This document shows, piece after piece, positions 15,483 to 29,019 of a DNA stretch of 64,000 nt. Positions within the stretch are counted from its first letter, which is position 1, and each line of letters starts with the position of its first letter. Made by a program: the position numbers and the translations under genes. Below the pieces are notes generated by a model. It ran no database searches. It was not told the DNA's origin and worked only from the letters and a program-made list of their open reading frames with translations. This DNA comes from Chrysomallon squamiferum (lineage: Eukaryota; Animalia; Mollusca). Where the stretch lies: positions 13,082,001-13,146,000 of the forward strand of contig CM022666.1 in the NCBI GenBank assembly GCA_012295275.1, given 5' to 3'.

Positions 15483-16020
15483 ATATATAACAGTAATTCG
15501 GAAATAGATGTGTTATATATATATATATATATATATTTATTTATTTAAGTTTCTTTTTTTTTTTTTCTTTTTTTTTTTTGTCAAAACGGATAGATGTGTT
15601 TTATATATATATATATGGTTATTTTGGTGTGGGATTTTTTCCGATTTACAGTTATCATTTACTGATGTTAGTACGAAGTCGTATACTGAACGTGTCCACG
15701 AACACGTACACGGAAAACAATGTTTAACACCAACTTGTCAAACACACACTAACCGGACCCGATCACGAGTTGGTGTTAATTCTGAAAACAGCTTGTTTAA
15801 CTAACATTTCATTCGCATATTTCAGTAAACCTACATATATCTACTTTGACAGACAGACAAATATATAGACAGACACAATATCAGACAGGCTGATGAGAAT
15901 GAAAAATAGATAGACGGATAGATAGATAGATAGATGAATAGACAGTCAGACATACAGACAGATGGAGAGAGAGATATGTCTATCTGGCTGAGTCAGTGAC
16001 ACATACACACACAACCACAC

Positions 16021-16097
<77 letters not shown>

Positions 16098-16372
16098 TCG
16101 TGGTTATCGTCACACAAAAAGAAGATACAAATGGACACTGGCTAAAACGACAAACAGTCCAAAGGACGCAGCGATAAATTAAGTAGACATTCATCTCACT
16201 GTCTTTAAATATATATATATTAATTTAAATGATATAGGTCCCTTCCGTTAAACTTTTTTTGTTTATTTGTTTGTTTTATAATTTCAATTCTTTGTCTTAT
16301 TTTAGTTACAGTGTAATTATAATGTTTATCTGTTATTGTTTTGTTTTTATGTTTCAGTGCGGGTTTGTCTAC

Positions 16373-16448
<76 letters not shown>

Positions 16449-16541
16449 CTAAGTTAATAAACTTAATATTCTGTCGTCTACTTTAGGGTACAGTGACAAA
16501 GTTGGTTTTGGTGGGGGGGGGGGTTGTTGGGTTTTTTAATC

Positions 16542-16637
16542 AGTAATTTCAGTCAGTACCAAAACGTGTTGTATGTTTTACCAGATTAAAAAACCTGGAA
16601 ATACATACAACAAGTTTGGGTACTGACTGAAATTACT
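16542..16637. repeat. Near-perfect 96-bp inverted repeat
   Basis: AGTAATTTCAGTCAGTACC.AAAC.TGTTGTATGT.TT.CCAG, 10-nt loop, then its reverse complement. ~43-bp stem with ~4 mismatches. Confidence 0.93.
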
Positions 16638-16669
16638 TCTAAATTTAAAGTTACAAGAAAAGACAATTT

Positions 16670-16721
<52 letters not shown>

Positions 16722-17857
16722 TTAGGATAACACGAACCGCAATCTTTGGTCATAAATGAAACTGTTTATTGTTTAATTGATATTATGCGACCTATTTTGT
16801 CCGAGTATGAACTCTAAGTAAGTACTATTGGACTACATTACTTTGCCAGAGTTCACTGACTTGGTTACATTTGTGTTCTACTTCAAAAGGAGCACGTGAC
16901 GCCATCTTTAAAGTGTGATGCTAATGAAAATTACTTTTGACAAAAGTATCACACAGCGCCATGACGTTACTTTCACAGATCAAAAATATTTTTTTTTGTT
17001 AACAAGATGTTGTTGACTTTTTGCAACATTATGACAGCACGCACATACATACTTTAGACTTCAGTCGTTATTAAATACAAAGTGCAAACAACGGTTGTAA
17101 TTTCGAGTTAATTCGTTTTTTTTTAATTTTTTTCTATTTTTTTTTATATTTTTGCTTCCTAAAGCACGTCATGTACTGTGATTGTAACTGAGATTGTGAC
17201 TAAATTAAACGAATGGCGAGCAGACGACACATTACGTCAGAAATAAACACTGTCTCGGAAATTGGGAGTTCACTGACCCTCGCTGTCTTTCCTACTACTA
17301 GGCCAATATATACCATTTCCTTTTCATACTAATTGAAATTGTTAAAGATTTCTAAAAGGTCCTACGCTGAAAAAAAAAAAAAAAATTGATTGCATTTTGA
17401 AAGCGATATAAAGTTAGTACAAGTTTATATTCTTTTAATTATAACATGACTTGTGTAAAGGAATTTCACGGTAGAATGAAATTATAAATAATTTCAAAGA
17501 CCTACAGCGCCGTAAAAAACGACTATGATAGCATTCTGTGGGTTATATACGTTTATACATTTTGTTTGATGTATTTTTTAATAATAAGACTATTGATATA
17601 AAAAAAATGTTTGATAGCAAAACTAAGAAATAAAAATACCTCCTGCGCCATGTAAAGAAATTCAGTTTCTCTTCAGTAGCTGTGCTATTAATAGTAAATT
17701 ATCGATTTGTTTACTTCTAAGAATAGTATAATGCGTTTGATAGTTAAATAAAATATTCCACTTATTTAATCGCCATGAGCAGATATTTTGTTAGTATTAC
17801 GATGGTTTTAACTACACCGAGGCAAATTGACGATTTTGTTTTTAACAAAGATTTAAA

Positions 17858-17889
<32 letters not shown>

Positions 17890-19309
17890 ATCTCTATTCC
17901 AATAGAAACTATATCCATTGAATGAATTCGTTTATTCTACGGTTACCGTTTGATACCTACCGACATCGGTTCGGTGTAAGACAAAACTGACTTCAAAGAC
18001 ATCAGACGTCAAACAGGAAATGGCTAGAATCGAGGTAGTTTGCGTCTTTCAAGTCAGAGTTTCTGGGGTGTTTGGCCGGCCCCAGACCCCTTAGCCCAAA
18101 ATGTTTTGGCGTCATTTCAAAAAAAGGCCATGATTATGTAAACGATGTATACCACTAATATTTTATTAGCTTTGCAAACAACAGAATAGCATCTGTTTGT
18201 TACTAAAATTAAACTGAAACGATTTTAGATTATACTGCTCATGCGCACAAAGAATAAATTATATGCTCAAAATTTCTATTAGATGTTTGTCTTTGTAGCT
18301 GGTTATTTACATATTACCCAATAACCCTTTAGCTATCAGGTAAACGTTTTATCGTGAAGTAAAAGTTATAAATAATCTGGAGGATGTAGTGTGACTTGAG
18401 AAATGAATATATCGCTATTATGTACACTCTGAGTGCATTAGCAGTACTACACTGACTCAATTATAATAATAATAATGGTTGGTTGTACATCGGATTCAAG
18501 CTATAGAAGGTACTACCTAGGAAGCCTGTCACACTGACTGATTTGAAGATACGACACAAAGAAGCCTGTCGAAAAATTTAAAATTGAATTCAGAATGAGG
18601 CGCCAAACTTTGGCATTTTGCCAAGTAAATATTTACCTTTTTCAAGTTTTATCGCACGGAGCTTGTAGGTACACGAACGTTTCCACGGTCTAATGACGAT
18701 GTAAGAAGATGAAAACAAATGTATAAAAAGAGGAGAAAAACAAAATTTATATATATATATGTACACACACACACACACTCGCAGAGAGAGAAATAACATT
18801 TAGAACCTTGACATCAAACTCAATGGTTTTCTGCTCTAGTTAGTAATAGGTGCATCGATTATGTGTTTGTCGTTAATGGAACTAGATTATAACACAGGTG
18901 AGAAGCACTGTAGTTATTTTAACCCATATACGAGATGCCTATTTGAAGTACATTCTAATGAAGATAAATAAACTCGAGTATGTGATGAAATACGTATGTT
19001 TTAACATGTGAATGAATCTCTTGTATACTACTCACTATAAAACACTGTCGTGAATTTTTTTTTTTTCTCAGCTGTTCTGTTACAGTTTGATTATTAAATT
19101 TATTTCTGTAGCATCAATGAAATATGGAGAATTCTTCAGCATAGTATTTTTCTAAAAATTTTTAGGAAAAGTTTTCTTGTGTACTTTTTAAAAATTTATG
19201 AAGCAAAAAAAAAAGATTTAAATGTTAAATATTTTGAATAAATTTGTTATTTCGATGCGCTTCATAATCTTAAATTTGCTGGGTGTTTTTAGAAGCAAAG
19301 AATTTTATG

Positions 19310-20160
19310 TGTGTCGCACGGACAATAACTCACCGGACAATTGCTCAACGGACAAAACTGCAGCGGACAATTAACTGCTCACCAGCAAAGTGAGAAATAG
19401 GACAACTGCTCCCTTTGATTTCTGTTATTAATAAAATTTAATTTTACTTTATGTGTGTGTGTTGTGTGTGTGTATGGTATGTGTGTGTGTGTGTGGCTGT
19501 GTGTGTGTTTTTATGTGTGTTTATGGTGTCAGTGTTTAAGAGGGGTGTGGGAGCCTGTGATATTATCAATGGATACCTGAGAGATGTTGTCAAGGAGACA
19601 AGCCACATCATCCTTAACCTGGTCCAGAGGCAGAACGTCCAGACTTCATCTGTCATCCCTGAAAACATCTTTACACTCTCTCCTTTCAGCCCGATACAGT
19701 TCAGTTAGTCAGAGTCTTGTATCTTTCTGTAAGTGGCAGAAAGACTGTGTCTTCACATGTTTCCCCTTCACAGAAGAAACAGCCTTGTATAACAGCTTTC
19801 TCAGAGTCTAGCAACCAGTATTTCCAGATCTGGATAGAGACTATATTCGCCACACTTGTCCAGTACACGCTGAAGCAGTTTCTCGTAGATTGGCTGAATG
19901 GTGTTTACCACACAACAAAGTGTCTTTACACAGCACACTGGTGATGATTCCACTTCAGCACGAATCACTTAAACTCAGTGTAGATGTTTTACTGTTATCC
20001 TGAACTTCCCATCCATATTGAAGTTCTCGTCCATTTTTGCTTTTCCTAGAACTGACCAGAAACTGAAATCCTTGCTGCAAAGCATACACCGTCATACGAC
20101 TGATGACGTCACGTCCATTGTCAGAAACAAGAATCACCCTTATCCCCAGTGGTGGTCTAT
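19310..20160 (-). mobile_element. Decayed MULE (Mutator-like) DNA transposon: transposase fragment plus one terminal repeat region
   Basis: Frameshifted minus-strand translation gives MD(E)NFNM...VIRAEVESSPVCCV...QPIYEKLLQRVLDKCGEYSLYPD...D(S)EKAVIQ/AVSSV...FCHL...RKIQD...VKMFSGM...LPLDQVKDDVACLLDNI. This follows the MULE DG-x-F / DFE / CxFH / FLP motif order. Five GGACAA-based subterminal repeats at 19320-19412. Confidence 0.8.
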
Positions 20161-20622
20161 GATTAACACAGACTTGGAGCTTTGCCTTTAGATGTTCGTT
20201 GTTTTAAGTTATTTTTCTTTAAGAAAAGAAAGAATATCAATGGTGGGCAAGATTACCTAAGTCCAGAACCTTTTAAAAATTTTATGTCGTTTTTGTTAAT
20301 AAAATAATTAATACAATTTTATTAATAATGAAAATAAAATTATAATCAAATAAATTAAATAAATAAATAAATGAATATATATATATATATATATAAAACG
20401 CCAAAAGTGAGCTACTGACCTATGTCTCACAATACTGGTGAGAAATTCAGTGTGAACACTCTCTTTGAATTGTAATTTGTTTGTCGACTTCGTAATTTTA
20501 AAATTAAACGTTATTATGGGAAAATACAAGGCATATGACCTTTTTTATTCTTTGCATTATTATTTTTATTATCCTTCATTCACTTACTTTTTTATGCTAT
20601 TTTACTTCATTATTAATCTATT

Positions 20623-20661
<39 letters not shown>

Positions 20662-22049
20662 TTATTATTATTATTTATTATTATTATTATTATACATACA
20701 TACATACACACATACATACATATAACATACACACACACACACACGCACGCAAAATCGAACATCTGCCTCATAAACAGGAAGAAACCCGCAACGGCTGTGA
20801 CGGACTAATCTAGTTCAAAAGTGTAACAGCGCCAGTGAAAGACTTAGCATCACCTCCACAACGTAAACAACATTCTAGTAAACACACAGCGTCCACGGTT
20901 GACCTGGTTTTAATATTCTCCTGCTGACACAAATATGTGTATAAGTAATGTACGTGGTTATAATGTTTTATCATACTAACGTTGTAAAATGTAAAAAAAA
21001 AAAAAACATTAAAAAAATGATTTGTCGTTCTTGCCTAATCTTTGCCGTCAGATCGCGTTCGTAGCAAATCTTTACAATTCCCAAATGTGGCAAAAAAACG
21101 GGGTAAATTTTAAAATGTGCATAGTTCATTATAGACAGGAATGTTAAAAAAAAGAAAGAGAAAAAAGTAAATTTAAAAACAGATAATGAAAAACAAAGGT
21201 ATAAACACACAAAAAAAAGGGATAACTTTTAAAAGGTATAGACAGGAACACAAAAAAAAAGGAAAAAAAAAAAATAAATTTTTAAACAGGTAATGCATAA
21301 ATTCCTTATAGACAGGTAAATTTTAAAATGTGCATAATTTTAAAAAAGTTTTAAAAAAAGGAAAAATAAAAATTAAACTTAAGAACAGGTAATGCAAAAC
21401 ATAGGTACATACACAAAGGTATAAACACACAAAATAACACTAACATAAATACACTCACACCTACACATTGAAGACATATATGAACATAGATGTCTTGTTT
21501 CTATTTTAATGTTACATAGCTATCTGAATTCTGTATTCTAGATTAATTTTAGCATAGTCACCAGCCTTGCACAAACAAACATTACACACATAGTTACACC
21601 AAAAATCAATCATCATCGTCATCATCATCATCATCATCAAACCAATTTTACATTATTAACCTGTAAAAGTCAGTGCAATCATCAAAAACCACCAGCATCT
21701 ACAACTACGTGGTCATCTAAAAAAATTAATATGCTGATAAATGTAATTAGGTAACAGAAGTTATTTCTGGGTAGGTAGGTCATTACTCGACACGCTACGC
21801 TGAATGTGTGAGCGCATCACTGAATTTGAAAACTTACCACAATACATTACGTCACGCTTTTGAGAAAAATCGTCCGTGCGTGTCTGTTACTTAGGAAATC
21901 TACATAAACGTTCATAATGGTAATGAAAAAAAATTAAAATGTTTTCCGAGGCCACCGACACTTATCCAGCTATACTAGAATTAAACTGTGTTTTAACAGC
22001 AGTCTTCGTAAATGGTTAACTTTACTGAATTGATGAAAGCTCTGACTAC

Positions 22050-22615
22050 TGAAATACTGTATTAATAAAGAAAGAAGGCATCTATGTAAAATTACTACAG
22101 AAATAAGATATCTTTTTAAGATTAATATAGAATAAAGATATCTATGCAAGATTAATATAGAATTAGGATATCTTTGTAAGATTAATATAGAATTAAGATA
22201 TATATGTATACGTAAGATTAATATAGAATTAAGATATATATGTATACGTAAGATTAATATAGAGTTAAGATATCTATGTAACATTATAGAATTAAGATAT
22301 CTATGCAAAATTAATAAAGAAAGACGATATCTAGGTAACATTAATACAGAATTAAGATATAATGTATGTAAGATTAATTTAAAAAAGAAGATATCTGTAA
22401 GATTAATATAGAAATAAGATATCTATGCAAGATAAATATAGAATTAAGATATCTATGTAACATTAATATAGAATTAAGATATCTGTGTAACATAATATAG
22501 AATTAAGATATATATGCAAGATTAATAAATAAAAAAGAAGAAGATATCTGTTAGATTAATACAGAAATAAAATATCTAAGTAAGATTAATGTAAAAATAA
22601 GATATCTATAAATAC
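22050..22615. repeat. ~30-bp minisatellite
   Basis: AGATTAATATAGAATTAAGATATCTATG(T/C)A, roughly 18 copies. Explains ORF 21970-22341. Confidence 0.95.
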
Positions 22616-23439
22616 TAAATAAAATCTCGTACGAATATAATGAATGATTACATACATTTTGTCAGTTTGCTACTGCTAATGCTTCAGATGAAAATACAAA
22701 CACAGCTACTGTTTCTGCTATAACTCTTTTCATTCTACTACTTTTACTACTACAACTACCACCGCCACCATTACATTATCAGGTTTTTTTTCCTTTTCTT
22801 CTTCTTTATTTTGTCCTTAGGAAGAAGAGCATTAACTTTCACATAAAAGATACACGTCACTCTAAAACACTAATATATGTACGTGTGTACGTGTGTACGT
22901 GTTTGCGTGCGTGACCGAGGTGAGTAAAGACAAGGTCACACGTTTCTGTCACCTAGACAGTATCTGCATGGCGAGACTTATTACCAATGAACAGTTCAAA
23001 ACAAACAATTAACATCAATCTTTCAGTATTTACTGTTTTTCACTCGCGAGAGTGTTTGCGAGAAAATGTCGGATCAGATGTCATCATTACAGTCGTTGAT
23101 ATATCTCCCGTTCCAGCCAGTGACATTCCCAACCCCCCCAGCGAAAAAAAATAAATTAAAAAATTAAAATAAATAAATAAGTAAACCAATATGCAACGCC
23201 AAAGCCGCGGTTATCTGCGCGTGCACAAAGTAAACTTTGCCGCCAAACAGCTTGCCTCAACCATGAACAAAATCAGCAGAACAGAGTCAGCGCTGACTGG
23301 TGAAAAATTAATGAACGGCGAGTAAAAACAGCTACATAATCACCGAGGTAAATAAATAATGAATCGCTACACTGCAACAAGCCTTTTCTCCTTGCTGCAA
23401 GTTGAGCTCGAACAGTCGATCATTTTAGCTCTGTGACGA

Positions 23440-24250
23440 CCGAAAGAGATATACTTGTGACAAACTCTTGTAATGACTGATACATCGTGACAACTAACTG
23501 ATTATAAATTGTTGTATCTATCGAGTGATATGTACTAGTCACTAACAAGTAATAGATTCTTATTCTCATTAACGTGTGATAGGTACTAGTTGCTAGCAAT
23601 GATATACCCTTGTCACTAACAAATGATATATCCTTGTCACTAACAAATGATATATCCTTGTCACTAACAAAATATATATATCTTAATTAGTGTAATTGTC
23701 TTGTCACTAACAAATGCTAACAAATGATATCCTTGTCACTAACAAATGATATATCCTTGTCACTAACGATTAATATATCATTGTCACTAACGTTTTATAT
23801 ATATACTACTCCTTAATTAGTGTAATGGTCTTGTCACTAACGAGTGATGCATATTAGTCGCTAACAAATGATATATCCTTGTCACTAACAAATGATATAT
23901 CCTTGTCACTAATGACTAACATATCATTGTCACTAACGAGTGATGTATATTAGTCGCTAACAAATGATATATCCTTAAAAACCAACGAGTGATATATTCG
24001 CTAATAAATTATATATCTTTGTCACTAACTAATGATATATCTTTGTCACAATGGAGTGATATATTCTAGCATTAACAATTGATATATCTTTGTCACTAAC
24101 GAATGATATATTCTATTCACTATCTAGGTTATATTCTTGTTGTAGTCACTAACGAATGATATATATATTAGAGTTATACTCTTTCATCACTAAAGAGTGA
24201 TATATACTAGTCATTAATCACCGATATATTCTTGCTACATACGAGTTATA
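23440..24250. repeat. ~24-bp minisatellite
   Basis: TGATATATCCTTGTCACTAACAAA and variants, roughly 30 copies. Confidence 0.93.
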
Positions 24251-24869
24251 TATGTTTGAGTGTGTGTGTGTGTGTGTGTGTGTGTCTGTGTGTGTGTCAC
24301 TAAAGAATACTTAAAACGTATCCAATCCCCATTGTAATTTAATAGTGCATTACCATTGTATGTATACGACGCCATAAAAGCTTATATTCAAATCTGCTGA
24401 AACGGTTCAGAAAATAACCAATACAGAGATGTTATCTTTAAGTGTGATTCGCTCTTCGATCGAATCTTTGCAGTTAAGATTCTAATCTTAACAAGCTTAA
24501 AATCGTTTAAATTTAGTATTGTGTATCTGCTTTACAATTTCAAATGTCATCTGTCCCCCATGGCTCAACAAGTAGATAAAATATGTGTGCATATTTACAT
24601 TCGTGCATTTGTCGATAAGGTTTGTTTTGGAAGTTTTATGAAGATTTAGGTCAAATGTTTTTTGCTATCTCAGTTGGACTCCTTTAAAATCACAGATAAA
24701 CAGAACGTATTGTTATAAATCATTGAACATAATTATATGCTTCCAAGTAGCATCAAGGGGGTTGAAACAACAACTACATTCAAAACACTACTCAAAACCC
24801 ATTTCTTTTAAATTCAGTTTGTTAATATATAGTTAGATTTTATTTTCCAATTTTTACCACCATTTTAAC

Positions 24870-24977
24870 ATGTCTTAATATGTTTATATCCATCTCTTTT
24901 TATATTTTAATTTAATAGTTACACTGTAAAGCACCCTTGAACTTATTTGGTATGGAAAAGGTGCTATATAAATGTGG

Positions 24978-25019
<42 letters not shown>

Positions 25020-25040
25020 TAATAATAATAATAATAATAA
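24870..25040 (+). mobile_element. 3' tail of an L2/CR1-group LINE
   Basis: tgtaaAGCACCcttgaac...ggaaaaGGTGCTatataaat stem-loop followed by an (AAT)n tail, typical of L2-type 3' ends. Confidence 0.5.
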
Positions 25041-25699
25041 TAGAATTATACTTACGTGGCGCTTTCTGAACTGATTAATGAATGACACGTGAAGTTTGTG
25101 TTATATCTTCTGGGACAACGGCTATTTATTTTTCAACAGATCTGTGTTGATGTTAACTCAGAGTTTAATTAATACGAGTTCTTTACTTGTGTCCCAATGA
25201 CCGAGTTTTGTGTGAACTACAAAATTATCTTTGCTTGCAATAAAACGTGACGTTTCTAAAACAAAAATGTTAACGTCCATTTCTGGTTGTTTAATTTAGT
25301 GTTTTTAGTGTATAAACTACTTTACTTTTAGTGAGAATAGTTAATCTATAACGACTAAAACATTTACAAGTAAACAGTATATATTTAGGATATATCCTAT
25401 CATAAATATATTTTGTTTTAGGACAGAGGTCCTAACAGTTAATAGTAAATATCAATTTATACTTATTTTCATTTTTATTTATTTATTTGTAATTTGTCTG
25501 AGTATGTTTAGAATTATTTTATTATTCTTCATTTTACTACAACAATGAAAAATAACGTCTTCTACTACTATTATTTCTTAAGCTAATGCTGCACCTGCTA
25601 CTGATACTACTGTATACCTCTGTTATTAGTAGTATTATTAATACTATCACTAGTACTACTACTACGGTGCTGCTACTCCTACAACGTCTACGATTGGTA

Positions 25700-26130
25700 C
25701 TGTGCTGCTATTACTACTATATAACGTTTCTAATATTACTGCCACCACCTATACCACTATTACAATTACTACTACTACTACTACTACTGCTGCTACTACT
25801 ACTACTATATAACGTGTCTAATATTTGCCACCACCTATAATTACTACTACTACTACTACTACTACTACTATATAACGTTTCTAATATTACTGCCACCACC
25901 TATACCACTATTACAATTACTACTACTACTACTACTACTGCTGCTACTACTACTACTATATAACGTTTCTAATATTACTGCCACCACCTATACCACTATT
26001 ACAATTACTACTACTACTGCTGCTACTACTACTACTATATAACTAATATTACTACTACTATTACTACTACTACTGCTGCTACTACTACTATATAACGTTC
26101 TAATATTGCTGCCACCACCTATACCACTCA
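25700..26130. repeat. Minisatellite with (ACT)n spacers
   Basis: TATAACGTTTCTAATATTACTGCCACCACCTATACCACTATTACAATT(ACT)n, about 5 copies. Confidence 0.92.
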
Positions 26131-26545
26131 ACAACGACGACGACGTTAGTATTACTACCATTAATGCTTCTGTTAATAATCTGACTTATACTCATACTTT
26201 CATTGAAATACAACTACTACTACTATTCTATTACTACTACTACTACTACTACTACTATTACTACTACTACTACTATTACTACTGCTACTACCACTATTAC
26301 TATCACTTCTAATAGAAAGACATTAAATCAGAAAATGTTTCTTTTGAAGCAGGTTTTTAAAAATGTATGTTCATTGCATTCACAGTTTATTGTGAGACGT
26401 CTGCTGAAGTTGTGGAATGTTCTAGAATTTCACCACAAACCACGTTAAACTGTTTTAGCAGAATTAATTTTAGCTTTTATTTATTTAATTATTAGTTTAT
26501 TTATTTTGGATATTTTAATGTTTAATTTTTAATTCTTTTTATGTC

Positions 26546-26592
<47 letters not shown>

Positions 26593-27231
26593 TTGCTGTT
26601 TTCGTTATAGTTATGTTTGGTACAAATAAATAATAGCTATCCATCTATCTATCTGTTTGTCTGTCTGTCTCTCTGTCTTTCTGTCTCTCTGTCTTTCTGT
26701 CTGTCTATCTGTCTATTTATCTATCTATAGATATAGATATATTTTATCAAGCTCTATCTTTACAACTGCAAACAGCTGAAATAATATAAAACAGAAAAAG
26801 GCATTGTTTGGAAAAGAAAGAACAACAAAATAAAAATAATAAAATAAAACGTGATAACGCTGGACATATGTTCACTGCTTTTCCAATCGGTATTTATACT
26901 TGTATTTTAAACTAAACAGTGATTCTGGTAATGAATTTATAAATTTGCCAAACATCTGAAATATTACCTTAATTCATTACCTTCTTTTTTTTACTTTATC
27001 GGTATCAAAATGTGTGTGTGTGTCTGTGTGTGTGTGTGTGTTATCAAACTTTTTTTTTTATATTGAAACTGTTTATAAGACAATTACAAAAACAACGTTT
27101 GAATGATACACATGAAACAGTTAATTTCAACAGGTATTTAAAGCTGATTAGTAAAATACATCTAAGGTAGGTGCGCAATGTTGTAAAAAATTACAGCAAA
27201 ATAAATAAGAAAATGTATAACAAATAGAAAC

Positions 27232-27276
<45 letters not shown>

Positions 27277-27772
27277 TAATAATAATAATAATAATCTTTC
27301 GTCTCTCTACTAAACTAAACAGAATCAGTCAGCCATGACCATTTCATGATCTATGGTTACATAAAGAATCACAGGTACATATCGACACAGAACATGATGG
27401 TTCAGTCTAGTACATAACCTTAAAAGAGGGGGGCGGGAAATTCTAAAACCTCGGTAATACAAATGAAAATTACATAAAAGAAATGCACAGACAGCTTTTC
27501 TCTTACATAAGAGACGGATGGGTTCTTTATTATTATAATTTTTTTATTTATTATTATTATAATTTTTTTTTTTTGCAGCACTAATGCATCGCTTTATGCA
27601 GGTTTTTGTTGGAGAGGACAAAGAGCTATTTCTCGTTCTTGTGACATCTCCGACATTGCTTCATCGAAATCGTCTAATTTCGTGTATATGGAAGTGTTAA
27701 ATACAAACAAATAAATAAATAAATAAATAAATTAATTAATTAATTAATTAATTAATCACAACAACAACAGAA

Positions 27773-27823
<51 letters not shown>

Positions 27824-28755
27824 AATAAATAAATAAATACATTTCTTTTTGCTAATGGATAAAGCTATGGAATGACGGTTATAAAACTACGTTTAAATAT
27901 GTGAGAAAATCACATCCTGCTAACAGATGAAATCAGGAAGTCGTCACAGCCGGTGTCGTCATTCATCTTCATTCCGTGGAAAAAGTTCCGCGCTCTACAA
28001 CCGTTAATAATGAAAAGGTATTTTGGTGTCGTTAAACAAATAACTGAAGCTTTGATACACCAACGTAAAATTAAGTATAACGGCGCGAATATAAAAATGT
28101 GTACGCTAGCGAGCTCCAAGACAGATTTCATATTTCGTTGCAGTAAAATTATAATTTGCTGTCATTGAACAAGCAACTGAGTTCTGACGTAATATAAACT
28201 GTGTTTTGAATACACAAATATGCACGGATGAACACACACTCACTCACAAACACTCTTTCTCTTCATGATAGATTTCATATTTCATTTTGTTACTGTAACT
28301 ACTTTAAAAAAATGTATTTTAGTGTCGTTAAGCAAATAATTCTAGCTTTCAGCTTAATATAAACTATAACGGTCGGAATATATAAATATACACAGCTGAA
28401 CATATAGCTACATTTGTTTTTTCTCCAGATATATTTCATTTCATTACTTTGTTTTTAAATAAACTATTATAAAGATGAAGATGTATTGCTACATTACAAT
28501 AATTAATATGAACTAGATACAGACTTCTTTAGTTTATGTTTTGTTGAAAATAGGTGTATATTTTTAGGTAGGTCATGATCTTGGTTAGAATAGGAAGATT
28601 AATAGTTTTATTTTTGTTTTAAGAGCATGTGGTACGACGAATGGATTTTTCTGCATTGTCATGGTTTCTGTTTTATTTTATAGGTGACATCGTTTACAAC
28701 ACCAGCGATTTTGTTTGATAAATTACAACACTAAATTTTTCTGCATAACACGGGA

Positions 28756-28832
<77 letters not shown>

Positions 28833-28968
28833 AAAAAATAATATGAGACTGATATGAAATCTAAAGTTAGAATTTCAGTTCGCGTTGTTTTCGTGGCCTT
28901 TTTACCGTTAAAAAAGAAAAGAAAAACTCAGCGATTAGACGAGTCGAAGGATCACTCTTCCAGTTATG

Positions 28969-29019
<51 letters not shown>

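Noticed and set aside
21970-22341. 123-aa repetitive ORF (YLNSILILH)n
   Set aside because: Reading frame of the 30-bp minisatellite.
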